The notes beneath the pieces were generated by a model. The model did not search any database. It was not told the origin of the DNA and saw nothing but the letters and a program-made list of their open reading frames with translations. A DNA stretch of 63,608 nt, the filler included, from Octopus bimaculoides (lineage: Eukaryota): NCBI RefSeq assembly GCF_001194135.2. It is 6 parts of 6 records of this genome, joined end to end, with 100 filler letters (N's around TTAATTAATTAA, not from the genome) between each part and the next. Parts side by side here need not be neighbours in the genome. Positions count along the whole stretch, not along the records: positions 24,428 to 37,055 come from NC_068996.1; positions 37,156 to 42,211 come from NC_069003.1; 4 more parts are not named here. One strand, given 5' to 3'. A program made the position numbers and the translations under genes. Of this stretch, positions 25,518 through 37,874 are shown one piece after another (within the stretch, counting starts at the first letter, position 1; each line of letters begins with the position of its first letter).

Positions 25518-25737
25518 TACAACTGGGTGCTGAAAAGTTCCTGGCTTCAATGGTGTCACAAAAGGCCTAGTTGGAATCCCAACCTTTTAAGTTCTTGAAG
25601 AGGGTTTAGAAAAACTGAAGGACTGCTGGTGTAAGTGTGTGAACCTGAGAGAGAAATATATTGAATAGAATCATAATTAACAGATCCTCCTGTATTTTCT
25701 TTTTCCCAAAACCAGGAACTATTCAGCACCCTTCATA
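25518..25737 (+). mobile_element. Mariner deletion derivative (MITE) retaining the transposase C-terminus
   Basis: TIRs GGGTGCTGAAAAGTTCCTGG (25525) and CCAGGAACTATTCAGCACCC (ends 25731), 19/20 match; internal EEGLEKLKDCWCKCVNLREKYIE*. Confidence 0.85.
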
Positions 25738-25869
25738 TATGTGTGTGTGCATGTATACACACACATCATACAGACACATGTATGTTTGTGTATATGTATA
25801 TATGTATGCATGCTTGTTTGTGTGAATATATATGTATTTATTTTATTATTTATTTGCTTTACAATCTAG

Positions 25870-25940
25870 CTGAAGATAATGCTGACTCGACATCCACCGA
25901 TACTGCAACAACCTCTAGTGAGAGTAACAAGTCTATGCAA
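25870..25940 (+). CDS. Coding exon a of an acidic, Ser-rich membrane protein (TANGO1/MIA3-like candidate)
   Basis: Acceptor TTGCTTTACAATCTAG|, donor CAA|GTAAGT; phase 1 in, phase 0 out; EDNADSTSTDTATTSSESNKSMQ. Confidence 0.7.
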
Positions 25941-27470
25941 GTAAGTGTCACTGTCTGCAAGGTGTGAATGGCAGTGCAGCTCATATCTGTTGCATAGTAT
26001 TATAGCTGCCATGGTGTCTGTGGCACTTTATGTGTCATATTCAATTAAATGCTTTTTGTTTCTCTTTACACTTAAGCTTTCTACTTTCATGTGTGCATGT
26101 TTTGTCTCTTTTTTTACATTCATTTTTGGTGTACACTGTCAATGTCTCTGTTGTTTTATTTTCTTAATATTAGTGTCATTTTTTTTTCTAATTCACTTTT
26201 ATGTGTTCTCTTTCAGCTATTTTAATGTAAATAGTTTTAGTTGTTTACTGTACTGTTAAGTGTTTTCTTTGAATTGTCTTTTTTGTACATCCACTGTATA
26301 GTTATACTTTAATTTAATTCACTTTTTAAAAATATTAGACATTGTAAGTACAATTTGAGAAAGAAAACAGCAACAGGACCACAGATAGGACTTGAACAAC
26401 TTATCTTTCATTTTCTATGCAATTTCATTACCAACTATATGATGACACTCTTGTTACTCCTTCTCAAACTAATTATAATTGATTTCTACTATTTTAACTA
26501 TATTTTATCTGCAAAATATAAAAGAGTGTACCAAGGTAGAAAACTTCATTATGTTTCATATAATGAGAAAGTTCTATTCTATTAGCACCAAGTAACTACC
26601 AGTCAGGGCTATGGAATTGGGTCAGAAGATGTTATTGGTTTACTGAAGTCCAAATACCTACTGAAATTACATGAAAATATTGATAAAACGCATCAAAATT
26701 TCAAATGCATTAAAAATAATCAAATCAGATTTAAGATCTTCTATAAGAGAGAGTATGGTAGAATTATTTGTTTCTAAGAACAAGATGTTAGTAAAATTTG
26801 AAATTTATATTTTTGATTTAGCTCCTATTCCATAGATTCAGTGTTTCTCAAAAAAGTTTTGGAGGGATAAAATGTTCAATCTTTTTCGTTTCATTTAATG
26901 TAGTCATTCTTGCTACATTCATTTCAACTTTATATTCAAACAATGCTTTAATGTCAAAATGGCAGGGTTATATATCTAATTGATTTTATTTCTTCCAATA
27001 TGATCATTTGTTAAGTTGCTTTGGGGGTTCAGCTTTTTAGTTTTAACCTTGATGTACTTTAGGTGTGTGAACTGGTAAACAGTTATGTTCCTGACTTTCT
27101 TTTATAGTATTTTTATTTCTTTTATATCCTTTTACTAAAAATAGTCTCTTTAATTATATCAGTTTTTCCCATGCTTAAATTGTTTGTAACTTCTAGGGCC
27201 TTAAGACCTTAACTTTAGTATGTTAAGATGATAAAAGGTAGTCTGGTATTTCACATTAGTCAAGAATGTTGTGTAATTTCAATGAATATAAGAAATATAT
27301 GATTAATCCAATTTATGAATAGAGGAGTCAGAAGTTTTGTGCCCTGATTCCAAAGCCTTCTTATTATTAAATTGTCTCTTGGCAGTAAAATAGTGCAGGT
27401 AAAACAGTAGGAACAATTCATCATACCTGTTGTGTAAAAATCAGTAATTTGGTCTGAATATACTCAGCGG

Positions 27471-27563
27471 GCATATTTTTCTTTCCCTCTTGAATTGATG
27501 CTTTAAAATCATCGTCATCATTTGATTTTAAAGCATCAATTCAAGAGGAAAAGAAAAATATGC
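27471..27563. repeat. Intronic hairpin with 41-bp arms and an 11-nt loop
   Basis: 27471-27511 and 27523-27563 are reverse complements with one mismatch. Confidence 0.9.
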
Positions 27564-27944
27564 TTTAAAATGTCCAAGGTTATAAATTGTTTATAAAAAT
27601 GAACATTATTAATTCATTATTCACTATTTTTTCTTTGTCCCTTTTTGAATTGCTTTTTTGTAGTATCACATCTTTATGTCTACTGTCTTTTACTGATTTC
27701 TGACTGCTTTTTATTTTTTACTGTCTTCTTCCCATTCCTTTTTTTTTCTTTCTTTATCTTTTCTCAAAGAGAACTACAATTCTGCACAGTTGGTTCTTCT
27801 TTCTTTTCTGTCTACATCAAACCTCTGATCTGTCTAATCTGATTTGTCCAATTTTCCACCCTAACCACACAAGCACAAGTATATTTTGTCTCTCCCTTCA
27901 CACAATAGTTTGCCCACATTCATTCTGATGATGTCTTCATGTAG

Positions 27945-28089
27945 GATAAGAAAGTTGGAGAGGCAGAGTCTCCTGGCCAAAGCAGACAGGTTGATGATGA
28001 GACAGAAATCTCTGAAGATGAGAATGGGGGTCAAACTACAGATGAGAAGACACAAAATGAAGGAAAAAGAGATAGTAATGAAGACAAAA
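27945..28089 (+). CDS. Coding exon b of the same gene
   Basis: Acceptor TCTTCATGTAG|, donor AAA A|GTTAGT; phase 0 in, phase 1 out; DKKVGEAESPGQSRQVDDETEISEDENGGQTTDEKTQNEGKRDSNEDK. Confidence 0.7.
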
Positions 28090-28249
28090 GTTAGTGATTA
28101 TTTAATACTTCTCACTTTGCTTTCTTGTCTTCTGCCTCACATCTTTCCCTGTCTTTTTGACATCTTGTGTTTCCTGTCTTTTTTTTTGTCCACTTCTCTC
28201 TGCTTCTTCCTCTTTATCTCTTTGTATATTTTGTATATATGCTGAACTA

Positions 28250-29005
28250 TGTACTTCTGTTAAATCATTTACAAATGCAGCATTTGATTATGATCCAACT
28301 AAAAATTATGATAATCTGTCAAATTTAGGAACATTGTCAGTAGTTTGTAAGCATTTTTGTGCAAAAATATTTAAGGATGAACCTAAGGGATTATGTTGTT
28401 CAAATGGTAAAGTTAAATTAAATTTGTTTGAAAACTACCTGAACCTTTAAATACACAAATGCTGGGAGAAGATCTGAACTCCAAAAACATTTTTAAAGTT
28501 ATCAAAAAATATAATGAATTGCTTTCAATGACATCCTTTGGAGTTGGTGAATCAATATCTCTACTGGGATTCATGCCAGTTTTCAAAATATGAAGTCAAA
28601 TTTACCATAGAATAAGTTCATTGTATAATACAGATGAAAATATTCCTAAATATGCTCAAGTTTATTTTATTGATGATTTAAGTGACCAAATTAATATCAG
28701 AAATAGTAGATCTCATGCAACAAAGTTACACACTACAAGAGATATTCAAGAGATGCTTTTAGAATATAGCATCTTTGGTTAACAAACCTAATCTTAAATT
28801 GTCAATTTGTGCAGATAGAGTCCAGCTAGTGAGCATGCCCAAAGGTGCAATGACTAAGTATCTAACGATGTGCAATTAGTAATGGTTGGAACAGAAATTC
28901 AACAAAGAAACAATTTTTACCTATAAAGATAATACTGTAAAGAAAATCAATGAATTACATAGATTCTGTGATCCATTGCAATATCCTTTGATTCATTGGA
29001 TCTAA
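28250..29005 (+). pseudogene. Helitron RepHel N-terminal region fragment (intronic, decayed)
   Basis: AFDYDP...LGTLSVVCKHFCAKIFKDEPKGLCCSNGKVKL, MTSFG, and INELHRFCDPLQYPLI motifs; many stops and frameshifts. Confidence 0.85.
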
Positions 29006-29439
29006 AATATAATTTACATCAATAAATGACAGGTCATTCTAGTCATAAATAAAATTGGTTTTGCAGGACTGACGTGTGTCAGTCCATTTTATTTACTCGA
29101 TGTACCTTCTTTCTCCTCCCTTCTGAGACTGATAATGGCAGTCTGCTTTAGCCACTTAGTATACCCTCCTCCTCTCTCGGTATTAGCATTCCAATAATAA
29201 AAATAAATAAATGAAAAATATGATGCTGATTGTGTGTGTTTTTTTGTGTGCATGTAACTGCATGAGACTGTGTGTTTAAGTGTGTTTGTGTGTATGTGTA
29301 ACTGTATGAGATTGTGTGTGTTTGTATGTGTATGTAATTGTATGAGACAGTGTGTGTTTGTTTGTGCACGTATGCATGTATCTGTATGTGACTGTGTTTG
29401 TGTGTCTCTGCATAACTGGAAATAACTGAAGTATCGTTT

Positions 29440-29860
29440 TACAAATTGTGAGCATTTATGTATGATATAATGAAGGAAATTGTCGTATACAGTGCTCAGG
29501 TGCACTACAACTAAAAAAAGAAGCCATCAGGTGTACTGTTGGTGATTTCAGGAAGCATGGAAGTTTTGAAGGATGTAATGTCTCAACAGCTAACAACTGA
29601 TGTGGGTAGTTTATTCCATGGTTCAGCAATTCTGGGCATGAAAAAAATGTTTCTGAAAGTCATGGGTGCTGTGTTATTTTTTGATTTTATAAGCATGTCT
29701 GTGAGTGTTTGTCATATGGAATTTAAAAAGGTGCGCATGGTTGTTGTTGGAAAGATGGTGGATAATCTTGTTTATAATAAACTTTATTTTACATTTCTTG
29801 CCCACATGTGATTATGTCTGATCTTTAGCATACTGCCGTATGTCTTCTCAAACCATGATC
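29440..29860 (-). mobile_element. CR1/L2-type LINE 3' end fragment
   Basis: Minus strand KHFFMPRIAEPWNKLPTSVVS...SFK motif. Confidence 0.75.
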
Positions 29861-30620
29861 ACAGGAAAAGTTGTTGATAAGAATTATCAACAAAAACAAA
29901 ACTGATAAATACACACAGGTGTTGCAAATTAAGTTTAATTACCAATAAACATCAGCTTGGATGGCACTTTACTCAACTGAATAAAATATGGTCTGGACTG
30001 TGATTACCTGCATGTATGTTATACTTCAAAATGTAGTTAACCATTTAATGATTTTAGTAAATTTATACAGAAAAAGTAAGCATTATACCGTCTAGCATAA
30101 ATAAAAGTCAGCTTCATTATGTTTAAGTCCATTAAATGAGTCAACTTCCAATTGACTCATTTACATTTAGTACATCTTTTAGTACGTCTTTTTACAACAA
30201 AAAATTTCTAAAAAAATTCTGGAAACATTCTACTCATGTAATTTATGAACCCCCCCAAGCTTATTTTTATTTTTGCGAAAAATGCGTAAATAACATGGGA
30301 TTTTACAGTATGCCTTCTCTCTCTACTGGTCACTTCTGTTTTTTTTTTCTTTTTCTCTCTATATTTGTCCTCTGTCTACTTTCTTTGATCTATATTAAGT
30401 TATGTTTTGTCCCCTTTGTATTCTTTTTACTTTTTTCTCTTCTTTTTTTTTTTGGAGGATGGGGTTCTAATTTTGTTTTTGAGGGTGGGGTTCTAATTTT
30501 TCCCCCCCTCTTCTGTTATCTTCTTTGTTACTTTTTGGAAACATAGAAGATAACAGATATCATCTATGTTCCCGTTGTTACCTTTTACCTTCTGTATCCT
30601 TTCACCTCTTTCTCTTTCAG

Positions 30621-30689
30621 AAATATTAACAAAGGATGAAGCATTTGACCGAACTGTTGGTGAAGCAATTGCAGCAATTAACTCTTTAG
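30621..30689 (+). CDS. Coding exon c of the same gene
   Basis: Strong acceptor CCTCTTTCTCTTTCAG|, donor TTAG|GTAAAC; phase 1 in and out; KILTKDEAFDRTVGEAIAAINSL. Confidence 0.75.
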
Positions 30690-30997
30690 GTAAACAATAC
30701 ATCATTAAAATACCCTCTCAGAGTTAAGTCGACAGTACTGTAAAATGTCTTTCAATTTCTTTTTTCTGTCTTCTATCTGTTTCATTTATCTAGTGTATTT
30801 TTTAAAATTTTCCTGCTGTTAATCCTTGTTTGTTTTTATTTGTCTAGCTTCTTTTTTTTATGGGAGATTTCTTCTGCATGTACTTATCATCTTTACCATT
30901 TTTTGTGTGTGTGTTTTCTCATTTTTGTCTATTCTGTTGCCTTTTTTGCTCTGTATTTATTTTTGCTGTCATTAGTCTCTCTACTGTTTATTTAATA

Positions 30998-32224
30998 CTA
31001 GCAGTATAGCCCGGCGCTGCTCGGGATTAAGCTAGGATTATTAAGTGATCAAGTGCTTTATTTCAAACCAAAATAAGTAACATCGACATCAGATTTGAGC
31101 GAAATCCGTTGAAATTGGTTTGGCTGAAAATAGTTTGCTGGTAATTTGATTGGGAAATCCCATAAGGAATCAGTTTATTGGTTATTTCCACTCATTGACN
31201 NNNNNNNNNNNNNNNNNNNNNNNNNNNNNNNNNNNNNNNNNNNNNNNNNNNNNNNNNNNNNNNNNNNNNNNNNNNNNNNNNNNNNNNNNNNNNNNNNNNN
31301 NNNNNNNNNNNNNNNNNNNNNNNNNNNNNNNNNNNNNNNNNNNNNNNNNNNNNNNNNNNNNNNNNNNNNNNNNNNNNNNNNNNNNNNNNNNNNNNNNNNN
31401 NNNNNNNNNNNNNNNNNNNNNNNNNNNNNNNNNNNNNNNNNNNNNNNNNNNNNNNNNNNNNNNNNNNNNNNNNNNNNNNNNNNNNNNNNNNNNNNNNNNN
31501 NNNNNNNNNNNNNNNNNNNNNNNNNNNNNNNNNNNNNNNNNNNNNNNNNNNNNNNNNNNNNNNNNNNNNNNNNNNNNNNNNNNNNNNNNNNNNNNNNNNN
31601 NNNNNNNNNNNNNNNNNNNNNNNNNNNNNNNNNNNNNNNNNNNNNNNNNNNNNNNNNNNNNNNNNNNNNNNNNNNNNNNNNNNNNNNNNNNNNNNNNNNN
31701 NNNNNNNNNNNNNNNNNNNNNNNNNNNNNNNNNNNNNNNNNNNNNNNNNNNNNNNNNNNNNNNNNNNNNNNNNNNNNNNNNNNNNNNNNNNNNNNNNNNN
31801 NNNNNNNNNNNNNNNNNNNNNNNNNNNNNNNNNNNNNNNNNNNNNNNNNNNNNNNNNNNNNNNNNNNNNNNNNNCCCACTTTTTCATTTTTTTTTTTCTA
31901 GACGCTACCAAACACTGTATCTCCCCCCTGTCACAAAAACACTATTTCTTTCTTTCTCTCTCTCTCTCTCTCTCCTTCACGTGCGTGCGTACACACAGAT
32001 TTGACTTCGCCATGTCAACAAACTTCAAAATTGGTAAAAGTTTCTCGATTTTTACAGCTATACGCGAGTGCCTCTGAGAGAAAAAGTTGACGAAAATGCA
32101 GGTAGGGTCATGAACAATGTCCTCCTAAAATTGGAGTGACATGTGTGCTAATTTGTGGACATGCATAAACTACATTCACGTACACACACACACACACATC
32201 CTCTCTTTTATATATATATACAGA
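30998..32224 (-). mobile_element. Non-autonomous Helitron (contains an assembly gap)
   Basis: Minus strand begins A|TC-TGTATATATA and ends with hairpin CCCG-AGCAGCGC-CGGG followed by CTAG|T, the canonical Helitron termini with an AT target. Confidence 0.75.
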
Positions 32225-32781
32225 TATCCTGCATATTCTTGTTGGCTACAGTGGCAAAAGATAGATGTACAGGGTATGTGAACTGCACAAGGCTGTCACT
32301 TTATACACATGCATTTGCTGTAGTTGAATGTATGTTTGACCTAAGCCCATGTTATGCCACTGGTTGTCTGCTAATATTTGGTGTCCTTGGTGCTGGCTTT
32401 TTTTGTCTCACTGTCTCCTTTTTCTGTTGTTTGTCTGTTTTCTATCTACTTTGTGTGTGCTTTTTATACACTCATGTCATCTGATTCTTTCCTTCTGTTA
32501 TCTTTTGACTCTCAGTCTTCTATCTTGTCTCTTCACCTTTCTTATTCTGTTCTTTTAATATCTTAATAACCTTTATTTTTTCTCTTTTATTTCATGTTCT
32601 AACCCTGCTTGAAAAACGAATTATACCATCCCATTATCATTACCTCTATCATCTTTATCAACATTGGGAAAAACCTTTGGAAACCTATAATTAACTTTGG
32701 AAAATATATTAAAAACTCTGAATACCAACTTAACATTATCTCAATTTATTCTTGTTCTTGTGTCCAAAAACAATTCACCAG

Positions 32782-34265
32782 AAACAATGACTATGATGCC
32801 AGGGCAAGGATCACATACGGACAATTTGCAGACAACTTTGTTAAACAACAATGATGGTTATAGTGAAAATGGGAGGAAAGCTGCAGATATTGATGGCAGA
32901 CAAAAAGAAGAAAAGCAGCAACAATGGCCACATGTGCTGAAGACTTCTCCACCAGTTAAGGAGTTTCAGCAAGGCATGTCCACCTCAGCTTCAGTATTGT
33001 TATCATCTTCTTCTGATGCAACAACTGGCCATCCACATTCAACAACACACTTTAATGAGGCAACATTGTATGACAAGGAGCCAGACAGCAGTTCATTAGG
33101 ATTTGACAGTGCACAAGCAAGCATTGCACCCACTCGTTCAGTAACCTCTGACAATAGAGCTTCAGAAAATTACGATCAAAGACTTTCCTCAGATACGGAT
33201 AAATTTTTACATACCTCCAATGGCAATGTTGATGGACAAGGAAGTCAAAGCAGTGTGGGTTATGAAAGAAACACGGAGACCATGAAGTTGACTTCTAGTA
33301 GTGGTGGCAGTAGCACAGCAACTGATGCTCCTGGAAGTACAATACCTTCTTCATGGGTGCATGCAACTGTGCCACCCATCACAGGTCACCACAGTGATGA
33401 TAAGGATGACTCTATGAGGGGTACATCAATCTCTGTGTCACCCTCAACAACAAAGCCCTTCTTAAGCAGTTCACTGAGTTATGATAACAGTGGTGGTGAC
33501 AGTGCTAGCAATTATAATGATAGTGATAATGTTCCTGTTGTTGATCAAAGTTCGGAAAGATGGAATAGCATAAGACAAAGCAACAACAATGATATTCTTG
33601 CTAATGAAAATGGTGATACTAATTCTGTTGTTGATGTTAATAGTAATGACAGAAGTGTTGGTGGTGGGGTTGCCAAGGCAACAGATGCAACTATGGCCAC
33701 AATGACATCATCTTCCCCACATCTTGATTTAAGCGATGCATTCCATACGTTCGGATCAGAGTTCATGTCTCGAAAGACTCTTTCTGTATCATCAACAACA
33801 ACAATGGCTGCAGCCTCCTCTTCATCATCTTTTGCTAATGGCAATGACCAGAAGAAGCAAGATGATTATGATGGTCATCATGATGTTGATAATGAAGACA
33901 AAGCAGGTATGGGACGTGAAGACACAGGAGAGTTTACTTCATCAGCATTTCCACAGGATGGCCAATATGAAGACAAGCCAAAGCAACCAGATGTACAGAC
34001 AGATCATGGGGTACACAGCAGAGACGATCATCACGATAACAACAACAATCACTATCATCATGATCATCAACATCCATCATCATCATCATTGGAAAATGAG
34101 GAAGCAAAAGAGCAGAATGAAAATGAAGCAAGACATTCAGGGGAATCAGACGACCATCATCACAGAACTGTTAACCAAGATGACCTGGGAGAATCATCAT
34201 TGTCAATGTGGTGCAGGTATTTTTCTGCAAAGATTGACATTTTTGTTAACTACATTGTGGACATG
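32782..34265 (+). CDS. Giant coding exon d (1484 nt): acidic Ser/Asp/Asn/His-rich disordered region, TANGO1/MIA3-like lumenal segment candidate
   Basis: Lies in the 532-aa open frame; probable acceptor CACCAG| at 32781 (phase 1), strong donor ATG|GTGAGT at 34266 (phase 0); phases match the neighbouring exons. Confidence 0.85.
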
Positions 34266-34340
34266 GTGAGTATAGACACACACGCAAATGTTTAAATATT
34301 CACATATAAATATATGCACATGTGGGTGGGTGTATGTGTA

Positions 34341-34400
<60 letters not shown>

Positions 34401-34460
34401 TGTTCCATTTTTCCAGCGGAATGCCCAAAGTAATTTTTATATATATATATATATATATAT

Positions 34461-34610
34461 ATCATCATCATCGTTTAACGTCCGCTTTCCATGCTAGCAT
34501 GGGTTGGACGATTTGACTGAGGACTGGTGCAACCGGATGGCTACATCAGGCTCCAATCTAATTTGGCAGAGTTTCTACAGCTGGATGCCCTTCCTAACGC
34601 CAACCACTAG
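34461..34610 (-). mobile_element. SINE family C, 5'-truncated, intronic
   Basis: Near identity to 24483-24630. Confidence 0.85.
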
Positions 34611-34758
34611 TGGATATATTATAAAAATTGATAGATATTTATATATACATAAAAGACCTCGGACATATATATGTTGGGATATATACATATTTATGAGGTT
34701 ATATATATATATGAAATAGAAACATTTATATACATATGGGAATGTGCTTTTGTAATGC

Positions 34759-34994
34759 AGTTAATTCAAGGAAATGAAGTATTCATTAGGGATTATATAA
34801 TCCAAGATATTCCACTGGTTCAATCCATCATCCATTTATTCTTCATTTTTTTTCTTTTCCTTGATATTGATAATTTTAATAATCCTAAACATATACAAAT
34901 GACTTTACCACTGATATGGATTGAACCAGTGGAATACCTATATATAATCTATACCTACAATCCCTAATGAGGACTTAACTTCCTCGAATTAACT
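34759..34994. mobile_element. MITE-like element with long imperfect terminal inverted repeats
   Basis: AGTTAATTC(A/G)AGGAA...TCATTAGGGATT outer arms; perfect 21-nt inner arms 34808-34828 and 34916-34936. Confidence 0.7.
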
Positions 34995-36181
34995 ATATAT
35001 TTTTTGTATAAACAAACACGTATCTATCTCTATCTGTTCTGTCTACCTGTCTGTTTCCCATTTACACACTTCAAATGTAAACAGTTGTGTGTGTGTGTGT
35101 ATGTGTGCGTGCACATGTGTACAGAGAGAGAGAGAGAGAAACATACCTACAAACTTATGTATGTATATCATATTTATATATGTATATATTGAAATAATTT
35201 TAAGTATGTTGTAGAAAGTATGGGCTATTTACGAAGTGCTCATAGAGAGCCAATGCGAGATAATACAAAGTAGAGGAAAATGAGAATGCAAATCCTAGGC
35301 AGTCAACCAAATTCCTGAACGCATAAATGAAGATATTAAATCAATTTAATTGAATCATATATATTTATACACATCAACATAAATCATGCATGTATAGGCG
35401 TAAAGATCAAAGGTATAAAGAGTAAAACCAAACATACTTAAAATATAGTAGAGATATAAAAGCATATAAAAATATATAAAAATACATATAAAATCACGTA
35501 AATAAGGATTACATGTAAAAAGTTATGCGTGATAAATATAGGGTGCACAAAGTGAATGAGAGGTTGATAAATATAGGAATAAAAATGTCAATCTTCAAAA
35601 TGGCCACTTTTTAACACCCCATACCTTCCTTTCTTCTTATTATCATCTAGCTTTCTCACTTACTTGAGTTATATACTTAAGAGACCTCATCAGGCCTGTA
35701 TTCCCTACCAGCCATTTCATATTGATATCCACTATTCACATTCACCATGTATTTATTTCTTGCTATCCATTCTTACTCTCTCTAGTGCTGATACCACAAT
35801 AAAATGCATTCTGTCTGCTAAGATTATGGGGACTCTTTAGTCACACTGAAGGCATAACAACCTCTCCGAAACTGGTGATATAGAAAACTGTACCCAGTAT
35901 GTTTGTAAAGTGGCTGGCATTAGAAGAGCATCTAATAGAAATCAAACCTGAAATGTAACTTGTAAACTAGATGTGGTTCCTAAGCCATGTAAGAGAGCAG
36001 AAATGACTCATCCAATTCTAGCCACGATGCTGAGTTGATACAAAACAATAAACAGCAGTAATGATTGTAATAGTGATAGAAAAAAGAGAGAAAGAACAAC
36101 ACGGACATCTACACGTATGCACACACATACATTTACAGAGACTCACACACACTTGTATATACAGGCACATTTATGTTACAG

Positions 36182-36310
36182 GCTCCTGATACTATCCGAG
36201 ATATCGTCCAACAGCAGACCCTGGGTATCCCAACTCATGTGGTGGTCCTAGCTCCACTATTCAGTCTGGTGTTTCTCATTGGATATCTTCTCTGTACCTC
36301 ATGTTCAAAT
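36182..36310 (+). CDS. Coding exon e with a transmembrane helix
   Basis: Acceptor TTATGTTACAG|, donor AAT|GTAAGT, phase 0 in and out; APDTIRDIVQQQTLGIPTHVVVLAPLFSLVFLIGYLLCTSCSN. Confidence 0.8.
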
Positions 36311-37022
36311 GTAAGTACACTTTTTTTTTTGCATATATACATGCACTTTTTTGCATTTGAGTATGTTTAGTTTTATCTGTGTGTGTGTGCACATGTACTT
36401 CACTGCACATCACTTTGGATCAGTGTGTTCTGCTATAACTCTGAGCTGATCAGGACCTTTGGAGTAGTTTTGATAGACAAAAACTTAAAGAAGAATGTTG
36501 TGTATATGTGTGTGCATACATGTGAGAGCATGTATATGGGTGTGTTTTATCTGCAATCACTTGTATGGTGTGATAGGTAGTGTTGTCTCTTTCTTCTGTC
36601 AACAAATCCAATTGTTTCAGTCTTTAGAAGCAGACATGAAGGGCATGTATGACTATGTAAAAGACAAAAACAGATAGATGTAAATAAATCCATTTCATCA
36701 ACCAACCATTTTGATTTCAACTCTTGGAAAAAGTTGGTGTCAGTCATCAAGAAAGTGTTAGGTTTAACATGAAACAAAACAAAAACACGTCTTAAAACTG
36801 AAAACAAACAACACACACACACACACACGCGTGCACGCACTCACACACATACACATGTACTTATAAGTTAAGTTTAAAATTAAAATCAAGGTTTAGATAG
36901 GACACATTAAAACTCAGTATCCAAACATTGTTTTGGGTGAATCTCAGGTAGTGTGCCTGTAGAGCATGTTCATCACTTATAGTTACCAGTTACAGTCCGT
37001 CTTGTGTATGTATCAATCATTT

Positions 37023-37055
<33 letters not shown>

Positions 37056-37594
37056 NNNNNNNNNNNNNNNNNNNNNNNNNNNNNNNNNNNNNNNNNNNNT
37101 TAATTAATTAANNNNNNNNNNNNNNNNNNNNNNNNNNNNNNNNNNNNNNNNNNNNATATATAAAATCAAAATAAGCAACACGGATTTTAAAGATGATTAC
37201 AGTACGCACATTTCATGCTACTCCATTTATTTAAGTAATGCGAGCATTACATTAAATGCAATATGTAGAGCAATCTTCAGCTTCACGAAAATGTAGAAAA
37301 TTACAGTAGAATAGACATATTATAGAAGCTAGATTATACCACTTATATAGAAAAGAGAATGAAATTACTAGATATGTAAGGAGATTATCCAATCATCCAC
37401 CAAATGTATTAAATTCTATAGTTAAAAGTATTTCTGAGTGAATTACTAGATTATCCTCTAATATTGATATATTTAATTCTAATTCAAACTACTATACTGT
37501 GGCTTTGTCTAAAGCTGGATATGACCAGAAAATTTCTTTCCATAGTCTTGGTAGGCCATCTCTTCTTGATACAGATAATAGTAATAATAATAAC

Positions 37595-37646
<52 letters not shown>

Positions 37647-37807
37647 TCTTGTTTTATTGGCCACAAGGGCTAATATAAATCATAAAACATGTAAAGACAA
37701 ATACAGGACGAAGGGCACAAAGGATTTTGCGAGAAAGAAAACGTTCGTGTAAACAATGAAAACAGCGAAAGATTATAACAAATAAAACTCCCAATAGGGG
37801 GAGGCGC

Positions 37808-37872
<65 letters not shown>
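37808..37872. repeat. (TAA)n tract at the 5' junction of the second R4/Dong copy
   Basis: Directly visible. Confidence 0.95.

Positions 37873-37874
<2 letters not shown>

Noticed and set aside
26586-26760. Possible extra exon HQVTTSQGYGIGSEDVIG... between exons a and b
   Set aside because: No good phase 0 donor was found; exons a and b already join in frame.
31146-32004. Long ORFs made mostly of X (also near 40.8, 45.4, 48.4, 52.4 and 58.6 kb)
   Set aside because: They are artefacts of N gaps.
36621-36677. Possible next exon SLEADMKG... after the transmembrane exon
   Set aside because: The acceptor and phase fit, but there is no convincing donor before the stop, so it is not supportable without RNA data.
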